The notes beneath the pieces are model-generated. The model saw nothing but the letters and a program-made list of their open reading frames with translations. It made no database searches and was not told where the DNA came from. Positions 1 through 12,834 of a DNA stretch of 64,000 nt are shown piece after piece (positions within the stretch are counted from its first letter, which is position 1; the number at the start of each line of letters is the position of its first letter). The translations under genes were made by a program, and so were the position numbers. Location of the stretch: positions 32,302,001 through 32,366,000 of the forward strand of contig NC_047029.1 of the NCBI RefSeq assembly GCF_902652985.1, written 5' to 3'. Source of the DNA: Pecten maximus (Eukaryota).

Positions 1-3000
1 CTACAGGGTCAGTAAAGTATTAAACATTCGTCACTACAGAGTCAGTAAAATATCAAACATTCGTCACTTCAGGGTCAGTAAAATATAAAACATTCGTCAC
101 TATACCGTCAGTAAAGTTTTAAACATTCGTCACTTCAGGGTCAGTAACATATTGAACATTCGTCGCTATAGGGTAAGTAAAATATTAAACATTCGTTTCT
201 ACAGGGTCAGTAAAATATCAAACATTCGTCACAACAGGGTCAGTAAAGTATCAAACATTCGTAACTATACCGTCAGTAAAGTATTAAACATTCGTCACTA
301 CAGAGTCAGTAAAGTATCAAACATTCGTCACTACAGGGTCAGTAAAGTATTAAATATTCGTCACTATAGGGTCAGTAAAGTATCAAATATTCGTCACTAT
401 ACCGTCAGTAAAGTATCAAACATTCGTCACTATAGGGTCAGTAAAGTATTAAAAATTCGTCACTACAGGGCCAGTGAAATATTAAACATTCGTCACTACA
501 GGGTCAGTAAAGTATTAAACATTCGTCACTACAGGGTCAATAAAGTATCAAACGTTCGTCACTACAGGGTCAATAAAGTAATAAACATTCGTCACTACAG
601 GGTCAGTAAAATTTTAAACATTCGTCACTTCAGGGTCAGTAAAATATAAAACATTCGTCACTATACCGTCAGTAAAGTTTTAAACATTCGTCACTACAGG
701 GTCAGTAACATATTGAACATTCGTCGCTATAGGGCAAGTAAAATATTAAACATTCGTCACTACAGGGTCAGTAAAATATCAAACATTCGTCACTACAGGG
801 TCAGTAAAGTATTAAACATTCGTCACTACAGTGTCAGTAAAGTATTGAACATTCGTCACTACAGGGTCAGTAAAGTATTAAACATTCGTCACTACAGGGT
901 CAGTAAAGTATTAAACATTCGTCACTACAGGGTTAGTAAAATATCAAACATTCATCATTCTAGGGTCAGTAAAATATTAAACATTCGTCACTATACCGTC
1001 AGTAAAGTATTAAACATTCGTCACTACAGGGTCAGTAAAGTATTAAACATTCGTCACAACAGGGTCAGTAAAGTATCAAACATTCGTAACTAAACCGTCA
1101 GTAAAGTATCAAACATTCGTCACTACAGGGTCAGTAAAGTATTAAACATTCGTCATTACAGGGTCAGTAAAGTATTAAACATTCGTAACTATACCGTCAG
1201 TAAAATATTAAACATTCGTAATTATACCGTCAGTAAAGTACCAAACATTCGTCACTACAGGGTCAGTAAAATATCAAACATTCGTCACAACAGGGTCAGT
1301 AAAGTATTAAACATTCGTCACTATACCGTCAGTAAAGTATTAAACATTCGTCACTATAGGGTCAGTAAAATATCAAATATTCGTCACAACAGGGTCAGTA
1401 AAGTATTAACATTCGTCCATATACCGTCAGTAAAAGTATTAACCTTCTGTCACTATAGGGTCAGTAAAAGTATTAAACATTCGTAACTAACGTCAGTAAA
1501 ATATTAAACATTCGTAATTATACCGTCAGTAAAGTACAAACATTCGTCACTACAGGTCAGTAAATATCAACAGTGTAAACATGTCAGTAAAGTTAAAACT
1601 CGTCACTATACGGTCAGTAAATATTAAACATTCGTCACTATAGGGTCAGTAAAATAAAAATTCGTCACACAGGGTCAGTAAAAGTATTAAACATTCGTCA
1701 CTAACCGTCAGTAAAGTATAAACATTCGTCACTAAGGGTCAGTAAAGTATAAACATTCGTCACTACGGTCAGTAAAATATAAACATCGTCTTAGGGTCAG
1801 TAATAAAAACATTCGTACTATACGGGCAGTAAAATATTAAACATTCGTAACAGGGTCAGTAAAGTACAAATGTCGTAATATAAACATATTAAAATTCGTC
1901 ACTACAGGTCAGTAAGTATAAATTTAAACATTCGTCACTACAGGGTCAGTAAAGTATTAAATATTCGTCACTATAGGGTCAGTAAAGTATTAAACATTCG
2001 TCACTACAGGGTCAGTAAAATATCAAACATTCGTCACTTCAGGGTCAGTAAAATATCAAACATTCGTCACTACAGGGTCAGTAAAGTATCAAATATTCGT
2101 CACTATACCGTCAGTAAAATATCAAACATTCGTCACTACAGGGTCAGTAAAGTATTAAAAATTCGTCACTACAGGGCCAGTGAAATATTAAACATTCGTC
2201 ACTACAGGGTCAGTAAAGTATTAAACATTCGTCACTACAGGGTCAATAAAGTATCAAACGTTCGTCACTACAGGGTCAATAAAGTAATAAACATTCGTCA
2301 CTACAGGGTCAGTAAAATTTTAAACATTCGTCACTTCAGGGTCAGTAAAATATAAAACATTCGTCACTATACCGTCAGTAAAGTTTTAAACATTCGTCAC
2401 TACAGGGTCAGTAACATATTGAACATTCGTCGCTATAGGGCAAGTAAAATATTAAACATTCGTCACTACAGGGTCAGTAAAATATCAAACATTCGTCACT
2501 ACAGGGTCAGTAAAGTATTAAACATTCGTCACTACAGTGTCAGTAAAGTATTGAACATTCGTCACTACAGGGTCAGTAAAGTATTAAACATTCGTCACTA
2601 CAGGGTCAGTAAAGTATTAAACATTCGTCACTACAGGGTTAGTAAAATATCAAACATTCATCATTCTAGGGTCAGTAAAATATTAAACATTCGTCACTAT
2701 ACCGTCAGTAAAGTATTAAACATTCGTCACTACAGGGTCAGTAAAGTATTAAACATTCGTCACAACAGGGTCAGTAAAGTATCAAACATTCGTAACTATA
2801 CCGTCAGTAAAGTATCAAACATTCGTCACTACAGGGTCAGTAAAGTATTAAACATTCGTCATTACAGGGTCAGTAAAGTATTAAACATTTGTAACTATAC
2901 CGTCAGTAAAATATTAAACATTCGTAATTATACCGTCAGTAAAGTACCAAACATTCGTCACTACAGGGTCATTAAAGTATTACACATTCGTCACTACAGG

Positions 3001-6000
3001 GCCAGTAAAGTATTAAACATTCGTCACTACAGGGCCAGTAAAGTATTAAACATTCGTCACTTCAGGGTCAGTAAAATATCAAACATTCGTAACTAAAGGG
3101 TCAGTAAAATATTAAACATTCGTCACTATATGATCAGTAAAGTATTAAACATTCGTCACTACAGGGTCAGTAAAATATAAAACATTCGTCACTACAGAGT
3201 CAGTAAAATATAAAACATTCGTCACTTCAGGGTCAGTAAAATATAAAACATTCGTCACTATACCGTCAGTAAAGTTTTAAACATTCGTCACTACAGGGTC
3301 AGTAACATATTGAACATTCGTCGCTATAGGGTAAGTAAAATATTAAACATTCGTCACTACAGGGTCAGTAAAATTTTAAACATTCGTCACTTCAGGGTCA
3401 GTAAAATATAAAACATTCGTCACTATACCGTCAGTAAAGTTTTAAACATTCGTCACTACAGGGTCAGTAACATATTGAACATTCGTCGCTATAGGGCAAG
3501 TAAAATATTAAACATTCGTCACTACAGGGTCAGTAAAATATCAAACATTCGTCACTACAGGGTCAGTAAAGTATTAAACATTCGTCACTACAGTGTCAGT
3601 AAAGTATTGAACATTCGTCACTACAGGGTCAGTAAAGTATTAAACATTCGTCACTACAGGGTCAGTAAAGTATTAAACATTCGTCACTACAGGGTTAGTA
3701 AAATATCAAACATTCATCATTCTAGGGTCAGTAAAATATTAAACATCCGTCACTATACCGTCAGTAAAGTATTAAACATTCGTCACTACAGGGTCAGTAA
3801 AGTATTAAACATTCGTCACAACAGGGTCAGTAAAATATTAAACATTCGTCACTACAGGGTCAGTAAAGTATCAAACATTCGTAACTATACCGTCAGTAAA
3901 GTATCAAACATTCGTCACTACAGGGTCAGTAAAGTATTAAACATTCGTAACTATACCGTCAGTAAAATATTAAACATTCGTAATTATACCGTCGGTAAAG
4001 TACCAAACATTCGTCACTACAGGGTCATTAAAGTATTAAACATTCGTCACTACAGGGCCAGTAAAGTATTAATCATTCGTCACTACAGGGCCAGTAAAGT
4101 ATTAAACATTCGTCATTATAGGGTCAGTAAAATATAAAACGTTCGTCACTACAGGGTCAGTAAAGTATTAAACATTCGTCACTTCAGGGTCAGTAAAATA
4201 TCAAACATTCGTAACTAAAGGGTCAGTAAAATATTAAACATTCGTCACTATATGATCAGTAAAGTATTAAACATTCGTCACTACAGGGTCAGTAAAATAT
4301 AAAACATTCGTCACTACAGGGTCAGTAAAGTATTAAACATTCGTCACTACAGAGTCAGTAAAATATCAAACATTCGTCACTTCAGGGTCAGTAAAATATA
4401 AAACATTCGTCACTATACCGTCAGTAAAGTTTTAAACATTCGTCACTACAGGGTCAGTAAAATATCAAACATTCGTCACTACAGGGTCAGTAAAGTATTA
4501 AACATTCGTCACTACAGTGTCAGTAAAGTATTGAACATTCGTCATTACAGGGTCAGTAAAGTATTAAACATTCGTCACTACAGGGTCAGTAAAGTATTAA
4601 ACATTCGTCACTACAGGGTTAGTAAAATATCAAACATTCATCATTCTAGGGTCAGTAAAATATTAAACATCCGTCACTATACCGTCAGTAAAGTATTAAA
4701 CATTCGTCACTACAGGGTCAGTAAAGTATTAAACATTCGTCACAACAGGGTCAGTAAAGTATTAAACATTCGTCACTATAGGGTCAATAAAGTATTAAAC
4801 ATTCGTAACTATAGGGTCAGTTAAATACCAAACATTCGTCACTATAGGGCCAGTAAAATATCAAACATTCGTAACTTTAGCGTCAGTTAAATATTAACCA
4901 TTCGTCACTTCAGGGTCAGTAAAATATCAAACATTCGTCACTATACCGTCAGTAAAGTATCAAACATTCGTCACTACAGGGTCAGTAAAGTATTAAACAT
5001 TCGTCATTACAGGGTCAGTAAAGTATTAAACATTCGTAACTATACCGTCAGTAAAATATTAAACATTCGTAATTATACCGTCAGTAAAGTACCAAACATT
5101 CGTCACTACAGGGTCATTAAAGTATTAATCATTCGTCACTACAGGGCCAGTAAAGTATTAAACATTCGTCATTATAGGGTCAGTAAAATATAACACGTTC
5201 GTCACTACAGGGTCAGTAAAGTATTAAACATTCGTCACTTCAGGGTCAGTAAAATATCAAACATTCGTAACTAAAGGGTCAGTAAAATATTAAACATTCG
5301 TCACTATATGATCAATAAAGTATTAAACATTCGTCACTACAGAGTCAGTAAAATATCAAACATTCGTCACTTCAGGGTCAGTAAAATATAAAACATTCGT
5401 CACTATACCGTCAGTAAAGTTTTAAACATTCGTCACTACAGGGTCAGTAACATATTGAACATTCGTCGCTATAGGGTAAGTAAAATATTAAACATTCGTC
5501 ACTACAGGGTCAGTAAAATATCAAACATTCGTCACAACAGGGTCAGTAAAGTATCAAACATTCGTAACTATACCGTCAGTAAAGTATTAAACATTCGTCA
5601 CTACAGGGTCAGTAAAATATCAAACATTCGTCACTACAGGGTCAGTAAAGTATTAAACATTCGTCACTACAGTGTCAGTAAAGTATTGAACATTCGTCAC
5701 TACAGGGCCAGTTAAGTATTAAACATTCGTCACTACAGGGTCAGTAAAATATCAAACATTCGTCACTACAGGGTCAGTTAAGTATCAAACATTCGTCACT
5801 ACAGGGTCAGTAAAGTATTGAATATTCGTCACTATACCGTCAGTAAAGTATCAAATATTCGTCACTATACCGTCAGTAAAGTATCAAACATTCGTCACTA
5901 CAGAGTCAGTAAAGTATTAAAAATTCGTCACTACAGGGTCAGTAAAGTACAGTCGAACCCACTTAATTTGAAATCGGATATATTGAAATATCGTTTAATT

Positions 6001-6985
6001 TGAAGTGAAATAAAATCCCCGTCCGAATGCCTTCTTTGTCTTTGTATTGTTTCATCGGTTATTTTGAAATCGGTTTATTTGAAATATCGCTTTATTTGAA
6101 AGGAAATTATTGCCCCCAGTAATGCAAAACCATTGTTTTTGTATCGCTTACAATTACAAATGACGAGGCCATTATTAGGGATTTGACCGACAATGATAAC
6201 AACGTAAACAGAACAGTGATATTAACAACGACCCTCAAACAATTCATGAAAATCTATCTATCATCGACGCACATGTCCGATATCAGACGGTAGTTTTTAA
6301 GTAGCCCGGATGTACCGGAAACTGTTCTCACGTGTGTCCGCGAACTCAACATAAACAAAAACAAGCAACAGTCGAAGACTTCTCTCGTCGAACTTAACAT
6401 TATTTTTAATAAATTTTGAAACTATTATTATTTTGGAACCGATTGTAAATACCGATTAAGTAAATCAACTATATTGAACAATGGTGTGTTGTTTGACGTA
6501 GCACGGTACTGAAATATGTCGGCAAAAGCCTGGATCCCGGTTATATTGAAAACCGGTTAATTTGAAGTATTTTTCCATTCCCCGAGCATTTCAATATAAC
6601 CGGGTTCGACTGTATTAAACATTCGTCATTATAGGGTCAGTAAAGTATTAAACATTCGTCACCACAGGGTCAGTAAAGTATTAAACATTCGTCACTGAAG
6701 GGTCAGTAAAATATTAAACATTCGTCATTATAGGGTCAGTAAAATATCAAACATTCGTCACTACAGGGTCAGTAAAATATCAGACATTCGTAACTATACC
6801 GTCAGTAAAGTATTAAACATTCGTCACTACAGGGTCAGTAAAGTATTAAACATTCGTCACTACAGGGTCAGTAAAGTATTAAACATTCGTCACTACAGGG
6901 TCAGTAAAATATTAAACATCTGTCACTACAGGGTCAGTAAAATATTAAACATCTGTCACTACAGGGTCAGTAAAATACTAAACAG
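1..6985. repeat. 33-bp tandem satellite (consensus CTACAGGGTCAGTAAAGTATTAAACATTCGTCA), ~190 units in the window, runs off the left edge
   Basis: Directly visible 33-bp periodicity; interrupted by a MITE at 5950-6612; units decay near 6920-6985. Confidence 0.98.
5950..6612. mobile_element. 663-bp non-autonomous Tc1/mariner-pogo/Tigger-type MITE
   Basis: Ends CAGTCGAACCC...GGGTTCGACTG (imperfect ~25-bp TIR); TA duplication at 5948-5949 and 6613-6614; removing it restores the satellite unit AGTAAAGTA|TTAAACATTCG; subterminal CGGTTA(T/A)TTGAA-like motifs at both ends. Confidence 0.93.
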
Positions 6986-7771
6986 GTTGGTAAAGTACCA
7001 AACATTTGTCATATGATTGGTTATGTTAGGGAATGTAATAATTCGTTCATGTTCACATCAAAGAAATCGTAATCCAATATGTGTAATTATCAGTACTTCT
7101 CGTGAGATTTATTTTCGTGTTGATATGTGAGAAGAGTCCAATCCTTCGCGATTATTTGTGCAAAAATTGCACAAAATAGCATTTGTGCACGACGGCCAAG
7201 CTATCCGTTACCGATATACGAGTCTTGTCGAGTCCATGACTCGAATGGTTCTTCTTCACGAATTAAGTCATTTCTAAAACAGTCTTTGCGAAATCATGTA
7301 TTCCCGAATATGTGAAGCGATTCACAGTGTTCCAAATTTAGTTTAGTACTACGAATCAGCAGCAGGTACAATTCTTACATGAACGACCTATCTAATGTTA
7401 TTAACAAATGGGGTGGGAAAGTGACTGAAAACACTTGTACATATATATCAGTTTCAAGCGTTAACTCATTTTACACTTTCAAAAAAAAACATATTTGTAT
7501 GACTAAATTCGTTTTACATTCGTTTGTATGGTTAATTTCTCCTCTTGATTTATCGGTACATCCGCTGATATGCAACTGTATAATGATATCGCACTATATA
7601 CTGGGAGGTAAATGGGTCTGGTGCCTATGGCATTGAATTATAATGAATTTAGCAATCGATGCATATATGCAGCTGATGGTATGATTTAGAAATGTGATAA
7701 TCAGGTAGAAAAGGGGTAAAATAAATAGAGAATTGAGAACATTTATACGTTAACATTTTCTGCCCTCCTGA

Positions 7772-8260
7772 AGTGCGTAAGAATTGTGCCTGCTGCCCCA
7801 ATTGCATGATCGTAAAGGACGACTAAATCTTGGACCTTATCTTCTTTCTGAACAACTTTCTTCTTCCTAATGTATCCCTTGAGAATCCCTCACTTTAAGT
7901 CTTGAGTTGAGCGTTTGTCCCTGTGAGGAAGGTTTTGGGTTCTGTCCTCTGGCCGAGACATACCTAAGACTTTAAAAATGGTAGTTGCTACTCCTGCTAA
8001 ATGCTCGGCATTTTGGGAGTGAGACGACAGGTTCGGCTGTTGTCAGAGAAGTGTGACTTTGGGTGGTGCCCTGCTGGAGTAATACGGTAAATTCTACATC
8101 AGTTCCGCACTTTCACATGGAGACAAAACACGAACATACTGCAGCCCACCACAACACACACAAAGGCACCACACGACGCGTGCATCTCGCAAACAGGGGA
8201 TGCTGTCCTGAAATGACCATAGGTGTTGAAAGGGCATTAAAGAATATTTAACCAAACTAA
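7772..8260 (+). mobile_element. SINE-like interspersed repeat (V-domain-like)
   Basis: Aligns by eye with 19200-19520 (GAGACATACC...CTCCTGCT...GCATTTTGGG...GGTTCG...GTTGTCAG, CA-rich segment, AACCAAA tail) and partly with 9420-9510. Family assignment is from recollection of mollusc V-SINE cores; boundaries approximate. Confidence 0.6.
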
Positions 8261-8904
8261 ACGTGGACCTTTTACTGGGAAACATTACAAGTTATATGTG
8301 TTTCTTTATGATAACATAACTGAAGATTTCCAAACGACGGTAGTAAGTAACTTTAAAGTGTTAACAATGCTGAAAATGTAGGCAAGATATAGTTATGTGT
8401 GATACGCACGTGTTCGGTCAGGAACTAACACACGTTTCTTTGATGTTTGACGGTGATTTTTTCTGTCCTTATCACTGTTGTACATTTGTTTTCTTTGTGT
8501 CTATCTCACATCTCTTTCGAGTCTGGTGACCCGACGCGTCCCTGTAAATGCAGCGTTACAGATTGCTGGCTTTTTTGCCTATTTCCTTGTTATCGGCTCA
8601 TCAACACAATGAGGTCACACTAGACCACATGGTAGGAAATGGCGGAACCGTGCGCGTGTCGGCAGATGCTGATAGGAAACAAAGCTTACGAAACAAAATA
8701 GACTAGGTCAATGTAAATATCTCGTGAACGTTAATTGGTATATAAATCATGCTGAAGTTTCTTCATTGACATTGATAAACCGGAAAGTCATTGGTATCTG
8801 TTAAAGATATTCGAGGAAACTAAACTATTCCACAATGTCAATTTACCGGGACAAATCAGCTGTAAAAGTATAGTAGAAAAACGTCATGACTCTCTTTAGA
8901 AACT

Positions 8905-9125
8905 GGCTGTGTAATCACATAACCCTTAGTATGATATCGTGTGATACTGAACGTGTAATCACGTGACCCTAAGTATGAAGTAATTTGATACTGAATGTGT
9001 AATAACATCACCATTAGTATGAAATCATGTGATACTGAATGTGTCATCACGTGATCCTGAATATTTAATAACGTCATCCTAAATAATCACGTGACCATTA
9101 AAGTGTAATTACCCGACAATGAACG
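8905..9125. repeat. degenerate short tandem repeat (GTGATACTGAATGTGTAATCACGTGACC-like)
   Basis: Several diverged copies of GATACTGAA(C/T)GTGT and ATCACGTGA visible. Confidence 0.55.
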
Positions 9126-10685
9126 TGTGTCACTTTCCTGTACCTCAGACATACGTCTTCTTAACATGTATGTCGTCAATTAAGAAATTTCGCATCACCG
9201 ATAATCTAAGAAACAAATCAATTCTACGTCTCAAGTTAACACCGGTTGGTATTTCAAAGCTTAGATTCTAGATGTGAATATCATATAAGTTTCGTTTGAG
9301 TCTGTAGAACCGCCCAGCAAGAAGAGTATACACATCGGTATCTGTTGTATGATTCGAGAGAAGTGACTAAGTTTGGTATTTTCATATCTCCTCTTTCTAA
9401 ACTATTTCTACTTCATATTGGCTTCCTTGACCATGCCTCATTTTGACCTTGAGTTGAGCATTCGCCACATGGCTTGAACTCTTGCTGCTTCATGCTTAAC
9501 GCTCAGCACCGAGATGGATTCACCCGAAAATGAAACAAAACCGGTCCATTCTGGTGTAATAATAATGTATTATATTTTATAATAGACGGCGAGAAATTTA
9601 ATGTCGGTGATCAACCGATGGAACAAACTTTTTTTATAAATAGAGAAAAACATTAAAATACAAAACAGTGTCGTCCTCCATAGAAAAATAATTGGTTGTA
9701 TTTTTGTCGTTATTATGTCCTGCGAAGTATTTTTCAACTCCATGTTGTTGGGGGGGTTGTTGTTTTTTTTTGTTGTTTTTTTCTGCGGACAGGTCTTACT
9801 TTTTATATTTTTTATATGGACGTTTTTCTATATAGATATCAAGCATCACGTGAGGAAAACTGTAGTATAATTATACCATACTACGAGTGTTAACACCCCA
9901 GAATAGCTGGAGACTTCTTCACTGTGTGTATCATGAAGTCCCGGGCACTACAACGAGAGGCTTAGCACTCTTACTCCATACAACACACAGAACAGGTGTA
10001 CGCTAAATAGACGTACATAGATAATAATAAAACGTGTTGAAATGAAACATGTCGATTTAATCGACACAAGATTCACTCTGTTGTAAATAAACTGCACACC
10101 TGTACCATTTTAACAGGCCCTGACTTGCCGTACAGTTTAAAACGCACATGTCAGATGTATCACATGAGGCATGCAGTAAAACAATCACGGCTTTATAACA
10201 AAAACAGTATCGACCAACTGTCTCTTACCTGAACAACCTACTACCCGAGTCAAAATTAGCCTGATGTTTCAGGGTTTTCACACACGTCCTTGAAATCTTT
10301 ATCATCTGATCAAAAGAATCTTAAAATCGTGTCCATATCAAACTTTAACAATAATATGACAAAGCGTAATTTGTGAAACCCGTTTAGTACATTAACTTGT
10401 TTTCATCGTGAAGTTTGGTAAGATCGTGGAAGGGAGATAATCCATACCTCGGTCTTACATCATTTCTAGAGTCACGTTTCTAAGTTTCCTCCCTTGTGTT
10501 GTTAGAACTAAGGCGTTATTTAAGATCCTAATCTGTTCCTCGTCTAATGATATATTGACAACACCTAATAAATGAATATTTTTAACTTTTTAAAACAGAA
10601 ATGTCACCTGTATCAACGATAAAATAAATTCGGACTACCATAGCAAGTACATATAGATAATCTCATTGATATGTTGTTGTTTCAG

Positions 10686-10813
10686 AGAAAACAATCCTTG
10701 ATGGAACAGAACAAGCAGAAAGAGTACTTGAGTATTGGAGAAAGTCTTGGCGACGAGAAATGCGGCGTTGGAGTTCAAACTGTTTTTTCAAACGGGTAAT
10801 GAAAATGATTTAA
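10686..10813 (+). CDS. candidate terminal coding exon of an upstream gene (KTILDGTEQAERVLEYWRKSWRREMRRWSSNCFFKRVMKMI*)
   Basis: Acceptor TTGTTGTTTCAG ends at 10685; followed by an AT-rich UTR-like stretch and AATAAA near 11472. An alternative frame is also open to a stop, so the frame is uncertain. Confidence 0.25.
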
Positions 10814-12834
10814 GAGATGGTGATATGGTATTATCCAGAGGTATCGACGTTTGTGAAAAAAGTGAATTAATGGTCACAAATTGTATAGCCTATCCCATTT
10901 AGTGTTGATGATAGAATATGTCTTCACATTAACGTCACCGACAGTGGGATTTTTATCCAAGAAAACATTATGAAAGGATAAACCATAAAATACCCCTCGT
11001 ATACTACATACGACACAGTGATTGAGGGGGTCGTGGTACCACAGACTATGACATGTATTTTACAAACACTGGAAATCCAATTTGAATACGTCAACGCCGG
11101 CTTCGTTTTCCAGTCTAAACGTTACTCTTTTAATATTAATCGTATACATGTATGTAGTGTACAGTAATATGTTGTTTTATCTTACATTGTGTCCTGGACT
11201 AGTTTGATTGCATGTATGTTTTAATTTTATACGTTTATTATATGTATAATAATAATATGTGTATAATGTTAGTATGATTGTAAATCGTAGTAGATTAACT
11301 GCTTTTAGTATATTAACAGTTCGTGGAGAGGAATTGCTTTAGTTAATATACATCTATAAGATAATGCTTTTATCTCTTATCAGAAGCAAAGGATTAAATG
11401 TAATATTTAACTACTGTCATTTGATTGTGTAATATTTTAGAAATTATGTTATGGTCCCGATAACATTCGTCAATAAAATACCTATTATATGACATAACAC
11501 GCCTTGCTTAGATATTCATCATTGAATTTAACATTTTCGTAAAAGGCGTTATGTTTTATGCAGGTTTCCAATATCTTTGTGACAGTTTGATAACTTAATG
11601 TGACAGCAAAACCAATTCCGTCACCAAGAAAGTGATGACGTCACAGCACATGCTGCACCCACCATACATGTACATTGCAATAGAGATCTAATATAAACAT
11701 AATATAATAGACATTGAAACAGTTTGCGTTATGTATTTCGTTTGGTTTTATTATGTTCGGTGATATTTTTTTTTATCTGGTTGGTATTACAATTATTTTT
11801 AGATGTGTTTATTTCTAACACAAATGGCGATTTAAGTAACACTGTGTCTGCATGCAATCTTCCCAAAACGTCTGTTTACTTTGTAAAAGGGTGTAAATTA
11901 GTGCACGCAGTCATCACATGGAAACATCTCGCATACAGGGAGTGCCGTCTTTAAATCCGTCTAGCTGTTTACGGACGTTAAACAGTGCCAACCAAGCCAA
12001 ACCTTGACGACCATTCACCTTACGGCGATAGGACGAAAGCCAAAACACGTGTGTTTGAAAGCTGTTTGTGCTAACGACATGCATCTTTCCAATCAATGAA
12101 TGTCAGCACGCTGTCGAAAAACTATAGTGCCTATACATGTATATAAATTAAGGTATATCTAGCATATTTGCAGAGTAAATAATTAGAAACTTAAAATATA
12201 CATCAAAGAGTTACTTTGGCTTTCGTTCGTAATTGATAAGGGCGTTAAATGTTGACAACTAGGAGACGAAGGTTGAAACTTAAACAAGGCCGGGGGAAGC
12301 TTGTCCTTGATGCAACGATGTGGAAATGAGGGAGGGAACAAACGCATGATAGATTGTGTGTTTACTGGGTTATTTGTCCTTGAACCGCCAGCATAACCAC
12401 GATAGGACAGACAATAAAGGAATACGTATGGCCATGGAAATCAGTACAATAAGTACCGAGTGATACAGTCCTCAGGCATGTCACGAAATACACGATGTAG
12501 TTCAAAGTCAAACACTAGTATCGCCGTTCACCTTTCCAGGAAACTAGGATTCTCGTAACAGTACGGTACTACTTTAGTATGTTGAATACAGAAGGAAAAC
12601 CAAATACAAGTTATTATAACAGAATGATTTTTTCTCCAGCTTGAAGAAATCAAATTAATTGTATTCCAAATTTTATATATTCTACTTAAGAATTAAACGT
12701 TTTACATAACTCTGTAATTCAATTGCAGTAAGCATACAGGTATTGATAATGAACACTGAAGTACTTGAGAAGGAGCTGGAATAGTCGATAGTCGCATTAA
12801 AGAAAAACAGTGTCCATCCCTTCGATCTGCAATG

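Noticed and set aside
152-6003. Basic 11-aa-repeat ORFs (NIRHYRVSKVL)n
   Set aside because: By-product of a 33-bp unit divisible by 3; TTG starts, scattered TAA variants, MITE insertion.
1-6985. CRISPR array
   Set aside because: Head-to-tail repeats with no unique spacers, no cas genes, eukaryotic context.
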